DNA from: Syntrophorhabdaceae bacterium
GTDB lineage: Bacteria; Desulfobacterota; Syntrophorhabdia; Syntrophorhabdales; Syntrophorhabdaceae
Length of the DNA stretch: 38,428 nucleotides
NCBI GenBank assembly: GCA_026416315.1
Contig: JAOAFK010000098.1
Coordinates: forward strand, 1-38,428
Direction of reading: 5' to 3'
The notes under the pieces are model-generated. The model was not told the origin of the DNA. It was given only the letters and a program-made list of their open reading frames with translations, and made no database searches. Both the position numbers and the translations under genes were made by a program. The number at the start of each line of letters is the position of its first letter. Position 1 is the stretch's first letter. Shown one piece after another: positions 27,984 to 34,779 of this stretch.

Positions 27984-28806
27984 TTTGTGTACTCCTTATA
28001 ATCTTCCAATTTTCTAAGTTTTTTAAAATCATCTCCACAGCAAAGCAAGTTCCATTTCCATCTCCGTTTCCTTCAAAGATTTCACCTTTCTGTTTTTCAG
28101 GAGCGAATATCCTTTTAACTGTTGTAGGTGAGCCTGTTAGACCTATAGTATTTGGATCCAACTTTAAAAAATAGTTATTCCAGATAGGTATTGATAGACC
28201 TTCTGCATATATTCTCCGGGGCACAGAAGGATAGCGAGGCCTATTTGCATCTTTTTCTATGGTTAAAAGAGAAGGCAGGCTCGTTTCTATTATCTCAAAC
28301 CAATCTTCTAATTTCCTTCTAACTACGATCCTTTTTTTAGTAAGATCAAGAGATACTATCTTGTCAACTAAGGTTGCCTGATTAAAACCTAAACGGGTTG
28401 CAATACCTGGTCCTACTTGGGCAGTATCACCATCTATGGTTTGTTTACCGCATATAATGATATCTACTGGTTCCTTTTTAGAGATCTCCAATATGGCATT
28501 AGCTAAAACATTACTGGTGGCAAGTGTGTCGGCACCACCAAACACCCTGTCACTCAAAAGTATCCCATCATCAGCACCCATTGCAATTGCCTTTCTAATG
28601 ACTGCATCAGCCATAGGAGGTCCCATTGATAGAACAGTTACCTTACCCCCGTATATGTCTTTAATCCTCAATGCCTCTTCAACAGCAGGGGCATCAAATG
28701 GATTCATGATAAATGGAACCCCCTCTCTAACGAGGGTATTTGTAACAGGATCTATTTTTACCTGGGTTGTATCAGGTACCATCTTAACACAAACAATTAC
28801 ATGCAT
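27976..28806 (-). CDS. etfB: electron transfer flavoprotein beta subunit (FixA/bifurcating-type sequence features)
   Basis: The 276-aa protein has the N-terminal IVCVKMVPDT, FGGADTLATS, GKQTIDGDTAQVGP and GLTGSPTTV motifs. A GGGAGG RBS lies 7 nt upstream. Confidence 0.9.
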   Translation of the reverse strand: MHVIVCVKMVPDTTQVKIDPVTNTLVREGVPFIMNPFDAPAVEEALRIKDIYGGKVTVLSMGPPMADAVIRKAIAMGADDGILLSDRVFGGADTLATSNVLANAILEISKKEPVDIIICGKQTIDGDTAQVGPGIATRLGFNQATLVDKIVSLDLTKKRIVVRRKLEDWFEIIETSLPSLLTIEKDANRPRYPSVPRRIYAEGLSIPIWNNYFLKLDPNTIGLTGSPTTVKRIFAPEKQKGEIFEGNGDGNGTCFAVEMILKNLENWKIIRSTQNV

Positions 28807-28844
28807 GGATTTGCCTCCCTTTTTATCGTTTTATTTTTTTTCGA

Positions 28845-28873
28845 TTTTTATCATTGAAAGGAATACTTGACAA
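28845..28873 (-). promoter_or_regulatory. candidate promoter of the etfB operon (-35 TTGTCA, 17-nt spacer, -10 TAAAAA)
   Basis: On the - strand, TTGTCA lies at 28873-28868 and TAAAAA at 28850-28845, within the 181-nt gap upstream of etfB. The -10 is imperfect and the background is AT-rich, so chance matches are likely. Confidence 0.3.
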
Positions 28874-28892
28874 TATCAAAAGATTTCATAGA

Positions 28893-28917
28893 AAATACTT
28901 ATATAAAATAAGTATTT
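28893..28917. promoter_or_regulatory. perfect 10-bp inverted repeat AAATACTTAT-N5-ATAAGTATTT (candidate operator/activator site, or a weak ctpA terminator)
   Basis: Read directly: 28893-28902 is the reverse complement of 28908-28917. It lies just upstream of the putative -35 of the etf operon and about 70 nt after the ctpA stop. Confidence 0.35.
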
Positions 28918-28987
28918 CTATAATTTTACTGAACTTTTTTATTTGATGTAAAAATGGAAGTTTATATGTTGAAGTATTATTTTTATT

Positions 28988-30274
28988 CTATTTACCCCTT
29001 AAGGCCTCCCAGCTTTTTAAGATCTGCAGGGCCATAGAAAGCTGAAAGTCATTATCATCTATCTTTGTTTTATCCTTTTCCTCTATCTTTTGATTTTTAT
29101 CAACTTCAAGGTGTCGCTCTAAATCTTTTTCCTTTAATGGGATGCCTTTTTCCTTAACCCTTACGAGATTGCTATCTACTATTATATCAGGTGTTATACC
29201 TTCTGCCTGTATGGAACGACCCTTTGGAGTATAATATTTTGCGGTTGTAAGCTTCACAGCAGAACCATCACCAAGAGGCAAAATTGTCTGTACAGAACCT
29301 TTTCCGAATGTTTTTTGTCCCACAATTATTGCCCTTTTATGATCCTGCAGGGCACCTGCCACAATTTCAGAGGCACTTGCACTGCCTTCGTTTACAAGGA
29401 CAACAAGAGGTCCTTCATAATCGCCCTTTTTCTTTTCTGCATGGAAAGTCATCCTGTCTTCCTTTTTTCTGCCCTCAATATAGACAATCATACCTTCTTT
29501 TAAAAATTTATCAGAGACCTCAACTGCCTGCTCTAAAAGTCCACCAGGATCATTTCTTAAATCAAGGACAATTCCTTTTAATGATTTATCTTTATTTGCC
29601 TTTACCAGTTCTATTATTGCATTATCGAGATCCTTTGATGTCTTTTCTTGAAACTGGGTAATTCTTATATACCCAAAACCATCTTCAAGTAGCCTAAATT
29701 TTACACTTTTTGTCACAATGATATCCCTTACAATAGTAAAATCCTTAGGAGCTGTAAACCCTTCTCTCATAATCGTGAGGGTAACGGGTTTTCCTTTCTG
29801 GCCCCTTATCATCTTAACTACATCTACAAGACTCATATTCTTTGTGATTTTACCATCAATCTTTATGATATTATCCCCTGATTTCAACCCTGCCTTGTAT
29901 GCAGGTGTATCTTCAATGGGTGTTATTACTGTTGGAAAACCATCCTTTATAGTAATTTCAATACCAATACCACCAAATTCACCCTTTGTCTCTGTTTGCA
30001 TGTCTTTATACATATCAGGGGTAAGAAAGGATGAATGGGGATCAAGGGATTCTAACATGCCTTTTATGGCAGCATATATAATGTCCTTATCTTTTACATC
30101 TTCTACGTAATTCCTTTTTATAAGGTCTATAACATCAGAGAAGGTTTTTAAGTATTCATATATCTCTCCTGAGTCAGCGGGTACTGATTTCTTACCGTAA
30201 GCACCTATCATAAAACCAAGGAGAAAAATAAAGATTAAGGCAATGCTTACTATGATTTTATATCTAATTTTCAT
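28988..30274 (-). CDS. ctpA: S41-family carboxyl-terminal processing protease (PDZ domain)
   Basis: The 428-aa protein has an N-terminal TM anchor, a PDZ block (GIGIEI...PAYKAGLKSGDNIIKIDG), LRNDPGGLL, the Ser motif NEGSASASEIVAGALQD and the Lys motif TFGKGSVQ. Confidence 0.9.
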   Translation of the reverse strand: MKIRYKIIVSIALIFIFLLGFMIGAYGKKSVPADSGEIYEYLKTFSDVIDLIKRNYVEDVKDKDIIYAAIKGMLESLDPHSSFLTPDMYKDMQTETKGEFGGIGIEITIKDGFPTVITPIEDTPAYKAGLKSGDNIIKIDGKITKNMSLVDVVKMIRGQKGKPVTLTIMREGFTAPKDFTIVRDIIVTKSVKFRLLEDGFGYIRITQFQEKTSKDLDNAIIELVKANKDKSLKGIVLDLRNDPGGLLEQAVEVSDKFLKEGMIVYIEGRKKEDRMTFHAEKKKGDYEGPLVVLVNEGSASASEIVAGALQDHKRAIIVGQKTFGKGSVQTILPLGDGSAVKLTTAKYYTPKGRSIQAEGITPDIIVDSNLVRVKEKGIPLKEKDLERHLEVDKNQKIEEKDKTKIDDNDFQLSMALQILKSWEALRGK

Positions 30275-30294
30275 TTATGTTTCCTCCTGACTTG

Positions 30295-30323
30295 ATAATA
30301 CACCAATATAATTAAACTTTCAA
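30295..30323 (-). promoter_or_regulatory. candidate ctpA promoter (-35 TTGAAA, 17-nt spacer, -10 TATTAT)
   Basis: On the - strand, TTGAAA lies at 30323-30318 and TATTAT at 30300-30295. GGAGGAA and the ATG at 30274 follow within about 20 nt. Confidence 0.35.
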
Positions 30324-30331
30324 TTAAAAAC

Positions 30332-30361
30332 TTGACAACACAAGGTCAATGAATATATGGT
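30332..30361 (+). promoter_or_regulatory. candidate promoter of the GYD gene (-35 TTGACA, 18-nt spacer, -10 TATGGT), back to back with the ctpA promoter
   Basis: TTGACA lies at 30332-30337 and TATGGT at 30356-30361. The RBS AAGGGGGAG comes before the ATG at 30385. Confidence 0.3.
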
Positions 30362-30384
30362 TTAAAAAATAAAAAGGGGGAGAT

Positions 30385-30669
30385 ATGCCAGTATATATTA
30401 TGTTCAGCAGGTTAACAAATGAGGGTAGGGCAACAATAAAAAGACACCCTGAAAGGATAAAGGAGGTCAATGATGAAATAGAAACAATGGGTGCAAAGGT
30501 AATTGCCCAATATGCTACCCTCGGAATATATGATTTCGTTAATATTTTAGAAGCACCTGACAATGAAACTATTGCAAAGATATCCATTGAGATAGGTTCA
30601 CGGGGAAGTGTACAGCTAATAACATTCCCCGCAATCCCTATCTTTGAATTTATAGAAAAGATGGGCTAA
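30385..30669 (+). CDS. GYD-domain protein (function unknown)
   Basis: The 94-aa protein MPVYIMFSRLT.EG...IK......E..GAKVIAQYATLGIYDFVNILEAPDNET has the eponymous G(I)YD motif and the size of the GYD family. Confidence 0.8.
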   Translation: MPVYIMFSRLTNEGRATIKRHPERIKEVNDEIETMGAKVIAQYATLGIYDFVNILEAPDNETIAKISIEIGSRGSVQLITFPAIPIFEFIEKMG

Positions 30670-30696
30670 CTCTATCTTAACCCATCTTCTTTTTTT
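30658..30696. terminator. Rho-independent, probably bidirectional terminator between the convergent GYD gene and the Mo-hydroxylase operon
   Basis: The stem pairs 30658-30669 (AAGATGGGCTAA) with 30677-30688 (TTAACCCATCTT): 11 bp with one C/A mismatch and a 7-nt loop. It is followed by C+T7 (30689-30696) on the + strand and by a U-rich run on the - strand. It overlaps the 3' ends of both CDSs. Confidence 0.55.
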
Positions 30697-31247
30697 GCCT
30701 CTTCCTTTTTAAGACCACCGACCCTTGCATGAGGTCTTCCCCCATCAGTTACAGCAATTGCAACAAGGATTTCATCTGACTTTGGTGCATCATTAACGGA
30801 CACGGTCATTCCGTCAAAATGAGAGCGAACAAAGGCTGCATCTTTATAATGTAACGGTATGTCTAATACATCACCCATTCTGCCAATTTTTTTAACAGAT
30901 GGAATGATTGCCTTTCCACCGCCAACTGCATTTCTTAAGGGTGTGCCAAGCTTTGGATGAAGGATCGCTGCTGCGTGTTCAAGTTCGCCCTTTTCCCCCA
31001 CTATCGCAGCCTTACCGTAGCTTTCTGCCTCCCTTTCTTTACCCAATGCTTCTACAGCCCTTTCTCCGAGTAATCTGCCGAGTTCTTCACCTATATCAAT
31101 GAGTATGTCAAGATTTTCTTCATATTTACCTGCAAAAGGATTCTTTATAACTGCCACAGCAGCAACCTTTCTAATGGGCTTTTCTGCCTTTTTTTCTCCA
31201 TCGGAATAGATGTCTTCAATTATTGTAACAATCTTTCTGATCTCCAT
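30672..31247 (-). CDS. 'amino acid synthesis' (AA_synth) family protein, function unknown
   Basis: The 191-aa protein reads MEIRKIVTIIEDI...KVAAVAVIKNPFAGKY...ESYGKAAIVGEKGELEHAAAILHPKLG...GGGKAIIPS...DIPL...AFVRSHFDGMTV...DEILVAIAVTDGGRPHARVGG, which matches my recollection of this family. A GGAGGTG RBS lies 5 nt upstream of the ATG, inside the preceding gene. Confidence 0.7.
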   Translation of the reverse strand: MEIRKIVTIIEDIYSDGEKKAEKPIRKVAAVAVIKNPFAGKYEENLDILIDIGEELGRLLGERAVEALGKEREAESYGKAAIVGEKGELEHAAAILHPKLGTPLRNAVGGGKAIIPSVKKIGRMGDVLDIPLHYKDAAFVRSHFDGMTVSVNDAPKSDEILVAIAVTDGGRPHARVGGLKKEEAKKEDGLR

Positions 31248-32067
31248 ATAACACCTCCAGTTTTATATTTTTTACTCCATTTATGGTTGTTACCATGTTG
31301 CCTTTTAAATATATTAATGCATCAAAAATCACCTTTTTTTCTTTTAAATTATAGGCAATATTTAATCCATTTTGTAAGGCAATGCTTGCTTCTTCTTGAT
31401 TTAACTTGTCAATATTTAATGTTACATATTCTTCAGGAATATCTGTTGTGGGATCTATCAGATAGGCCTTTTTTCTCAATACATGTTCAGTATCTACGTT
31501 TGTTTTATTGCAGATATATGTTACCGCAGCATCGGCAATGGCACCACTTTTTGCTATAACGGTTCCTATTTCTGCTAACCCGAGGGTAAAACTCCTTCCT
31601 CCTAATCCACTTGTAGCTATACCATATTCTTTAAAGCCCTTAATATTTAATATATACGGTGTATGGGTATTTTTATTTATATGCCCTATAGAAACTCTTA
31701 TAGTCCTTTCGAGGTTTTCATTAAAAAGGGATATATCGCCTCCATTGTTTACAGAAATAAAGTCAAAACCATCCTGCTTTAAAAAATTTTTTATCTCATC
31801 AGAAACTGCACCAGCAACAGATGCCATGGGGGTTAAGGTCTCTTCATCAATAGCCTTCACACCCTCTATCATATATTTTACAACATCTGGCATATTATGG
31901 AATCTCTTTATTTTATATGCCTTTAGCCTTAAGACAGGAAGATATTCCCTGATAGATTCGAGTATATTTTTTATGTAAACCTCTAATCTTGCCCTGTCAG
32001 GTTCACAGTTCGTACCACCTTTTTCTGTTTTTACTACAAGACTTGCTGGTCCTATTTCAATATACAT
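31216..32067 (-). CDS. UPF0280-family protein (ApbE-like fold motifs)
   Basis: The 283-aa protein has TPMASVAGAVSDEI, VNNGGDI, GIATSGLGGRSF and GAIADAAVTYI. The last three resemble the ApbE motifs (GGD, ATSG, AD..T). Family assignment is from memory. Confidence 0.65.
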   Translation of the reverse strand: MYIEIGPASLVVKTEKGGTNCEPDRARLEVYIKNILESIREYLPVLRLKAYKIKRFHNMPDVVKYMIEGVKAIDEETLTPMASVAGAVSDEIKNFLKQDGFDFISVNNGGDISLFNENLERTIRVSIGHINKNTHTPYILNIKGFKEYGIATSGLGGRSFTLGLAEIGTVIAKSGAIADAAVTYICNKTNVDTEHVLRKKAYLIDPTTDIPEEYVTLNIDKLNQEEASIALQNGLNIAYNLKEKKVIFDALIYLKGNMVTTINGVKNIKLEVLYGDQKDCYNN

Positions 32068-32077
32068 GACAGATTTT

Positions 32078-33577
32078 CTATTTTAGGACATCTTCAACAG
32101 GTATTATAGCCTCTATATGACCTCCTATCTCTTTAAATGTTTCCAGAGTCATGGTATATTCCACAGGCAAAATGAAAGATGGTGTTGGTGAAAGATAGAT
32201 GCTACCGTACTTTATCTTTCCATAATCCACAATAAAATTTATTCCACCACCTGGAAATATAAAAGGTTTCGCACCGCCTATGGTGATCTTTACCTTTCCT
32301 TCATGGACGGCCCTTGTAAGCTTTATGGGGTTTTTTGTCACCCCTGCCCGGGCTGAACCACCCACACCTGCTGCAAACACAACACTTATCTTTGAAGGTT
32401 CACAGGAATCTCTTAATATCTCTAAAAATTTCATAGCTTCTTCTGTGGGTTTTTCTTCTATAAATGCCCTATTTTTAACTTTAAAAAATGCGTATTTTTT
32501 TCCTGTGGTTTCTGTAATAAGGAGTGTCATCCCTTCAGGGCATCTATCCCAGTCCACCTCTTTTATGACATCCAGGGGATTTTCAATATCTGTTCCGCCC
32601 CAGCCACTACCTTTATTGAGAAAATACCGACCTTCTGTGCTCTTTTGACCTTTTATATAAATACCTGAGCGTTTTTTGTTTAGATATCTACCAGAGGGAT
32701 GCTCACTGAAGAGTCCAGTGATGTGTCCGTCGAGGATAATGACTTCATCGGCTGCATTAAAGATATAAGGTGCAAACAGACCTGTTGTTGCACTTCCACA
32801 ACCAACGCGCATCCTCTCTTCACTTTTGCCGTTTACAACAGGCGGAGCCCCTATAGATACCTCTACCTTTGCACCATCTTCTATTTCAAGGGTAACCTTT
32901 TTACCCTGCAAAATCTCGAAGATTGTCTTTGCAGCAAAAAGGGCATCTTTTGATGTCAGGATATTCACACCGCCTAAAGATAACATCTTTGAACCGTATT
33001 CTTCTGTGCATAGATGACCTATATGTCTTTTACCTTTTCTTCGTACATATATCTTTTTTCCTTCTTCTCCCATATAGAGGTCAGTATCTACTTTTAATTT
33101 TATACCGCTGTAGCTTAAAGGTGCCTCTGTTACCACCGTAACAATATCAATTCCATCTCTGATACCCTTTACAATAAAAGGAGATGGTCTGAAATCAGGA
33201 TAAGTGGTGCCAGAACCTATGCCAGTGATTAGTGGTTTATCGATAATCCCACCTTCTTCATGACCTAATATATCTTCAAGCTCTTCATAGGTATGAACCC
33301 TTGCCTTTCTTTTGATCATTCCATTTTCGTTAAAATATCTTTTGCATGCACCGTAAGCACCTTCAGGAATTCTACACATCACAGGGCACGCATCGCATTT
33401 GGGAAAATGTGATTCATATGGGCTGAAGACTCCTTGAGGACAGACCTTCATACATGTGGTACATTCCACACAGCCTTCATTGATTTTCACCTTCTTTTCT
33501 ACAATGTCAATCACTTCAAGGGGACACACTTCTTCACAGAGACCACAACCAATACATTTATCTATGTCTATTTTCAT
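32078..33577 (-). CDS. 6-hydroxynicotinate-reductase-like iron-sulfur protein
   Basis: The 499-aa protein has an N-terminal 2x[4Fe-4S] ferredoxin domain (CIGCGLCEEVCP, CVECTTCMKVCP) and a third Cys cluster, CDACPVMC-N9-C. The remainder is a Gly-rich body of about 400 aa. Size and cofactor motifs fit what is reported for Eubacterium barkeri Hnr, and it lies adjacent to an enamidase-like gene. Confidence 0.65.
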   Translation of the reverse strand: MKIDIDKCIGCGLCEEVCPLEVIDIVEKKVKINEGCVECTTCMKVCPQGVFSPYESHFPKCDACPVMCRIPEGAYGACKRYFNENGMIKRKARVHTYEELEDILGHEEGGIIDKPLITGIGSGTTYPDFRPSPFIVKGIRDGIDIVTVVTEAPLSYSGIKLKVDTDLYMGEEGKKIYVRRKGKRHIGHLCTEEYGSKMLSLGGVNILTSKDALFAAKTIFEILQGKKVTLEIEDGAKVEVSIGAPPVVNGKSEERMRVGCGSATTGLFAPYIFNAADEVIILDGHITGLFSEHPSGRYLNKKRSGIYIKGQKSTEGRYFLNKGSGWGGTDIENPLDVIKEVDWDRCPEGMTLLITETTGKKYAFFKVKNRAFIEEKPTEEAMKFLEILRDSCEPSKISVVFAAGVGGSARAGVTKNPIKLTRAVHEGKVKITIGGAKPFIFPGGGINFIVDYGKIKYGSIYLSPTPSFILPVEYTMTLETFKEIGGHIEAIIPVEDVLK

Positions 33578-33605
33578 GACTCACCTCAATCAAGTTCTAA
33601 TTGAT

Positions 33606-34754
33606 TTATAATATTTTTCTTACAGGCGGCGGTGTGTTTCTGCTGACTTGAGTTCTAATAATACCATCCACTATGACCATGGCGATACCTGGTATGTCTC
33701 CTAATTCAATGGCTGCCTTAGCATCTTTACCCTCAGAACCCATAGGTGCATCTATAATTTGAATATCTGCCTCTTCACCTTCCTTTATCATGCCATGTTT
33801 TAAACCAAAGACCTTCTTTGTATTTCCTGTGGCACAGCATATGGCAATCTCGGCTGATATCCCTGAAAGACTCGATATGAAATTCACCATTCTCCATATA
33901 CCAAGGGGGATTACGCCTGTTCCTGATGGTGCATCATTTCCAATGATGAGTCTTTCGAGTATGCTTTTATTTTTCATATATCTTGCTATTTCAAATGCAG
34001 ATAGGGGGTTTCCGCAGTGCACTATCTCTATGGCTGAGTCTGTTTCATCAATAATTCTTTTTGCCTCATTTACAGGGATACTTGTTGGCCCTCCATTTAA
34101 ATGACATGCCACAGTCGGTCTTGCCGTTAAAACATCATTACATGTAACCGTTGAGCTTCCTGGGACAGAAGTGCCACCTACATGCATGAGCACCTTCATG
34201 CCGTATTTTTTTGCCCATTCAACCATAATTTTTGCTTCATTTGCAGCCTTTATACTGCCTAATCCTATCTCACCTACAAGCCACACACCATCTTCAGAAA
34301 GTTCTTTAAAATCTTCCTCAACAAGGCCTTTTTCAAGGATTAAGGCACCACCATATACCTTTACCCCTGAAGGTCTCAATCTTGCAAATGATTTATGGGC
34401 CAGAACGGCAAGGGCCTTTGTCCCTTTTGGGTCTGTGGGTCTGCCTGGTAAATGCACTTCGCCAGCTGAAATCATAGAGGTAACACCTCCGTGGAGACTG
34501 CTATCTATAAAACCAATTTGATTCTGTCTCGGCGTGAAGTCACCAAAAACTGGATGTGTATGGGAATCGATAAAACCAGGACAGACTGTCATACCGTTTG
34601 CATCTATAACTTTTTCAGCGTTATGGGAAATATCACTGCCTATGGATTTTATCTTTCCTTCTTCAATCAATATGGAAACAGGACCTTCAATAATAGGATT
34701 TTTTATATCGCCCGTGAAGATTGTTCCTATATTTTTTATAATCGTACCGCCCAT
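33606..34754 (-). CDS. amidohydrolase-superfamily enzyme, enamidase-like
   Basis: The 382-aa protein has an N-terminal IIKNIGTIFTGDIKNP, the metal motif GFIDSHTHP, GGVTSMISAG, GGPTSI and GNDAPSGTG. Its length and N-terminus resemble enamidase (1,4,5,6-tetrahydro-6-oxonicotinate amidohydrolase). Confidence 0.7.
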   Translation of the reverse strand: MGGTIIKNIGTIFTGDIKNPIIEGPVSILIEEGKIKSIGSDISHNAEKVIDANGMTVCPGFIDSHTHPVFGDFTPRQNQIGFIDSSLHGGVTSMISAGEVHLPGRPTDPKGTKALAVLAHKSFARLRPSGVKVYGGALILEKGLVEEDFKELSEDGVWLVGEIGLGSIKAANEAKIMVEWAKKYGMKVLMHVGGTSVPGSSTVTCNDVLTARPTVACHLNGGPTSIPVNEAKRIIDETDSAIEIVHCGNPLSAFEIARYMKNKSILERLIIGNDAPSGTGVIPLGIWRMVNFISSLSGISAEIAICCATGNTKKVFGLKHGMIKEGEEADIQIIDAPMGSEGKDAKAAIELGDIPGIAMVIVDGIIRTQVSRNTPPPVRKIL

Positions 34755-34779
34755 GGCTAAACCTCCTTTAAAATAAGAC

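Noticed and set aside
28852-28875. A seven-codon mini-ORF (MIKIEKK*, ATG at 28854 on the - strand) upstream of etfB, considered as a possible leader peptide.
   Set aside because: It overlaps the predicted -10 element and has no SD and no attenuator-like alternative structures. It is most likely a chance ORF in A-rich sequence.
28867-28879. TTGACAATATCAA, which resembles an FNR/CRP-type box upstream of the etf operon.
   Set aside because: The half-sites are TTGA-N5-TCAA, whereas the FNR/CRP consensus TTGAT-N4-ATCAA requires TTGA-N6-TCAA. The spacing is one nt short, and the element overlaps the putative -35, so it is more simply part of the promoter.
30324-30587. An 87-aa - strand ORF spanning the ctpA/GYD intergenic region and the 5' half of the GYD gene.
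   Set aside because: It runs antisense to a well-matched GYD-domain ORF that has a strong RBS. Its start would lie within the GYD coding region, and its sequence has no family resemblance.
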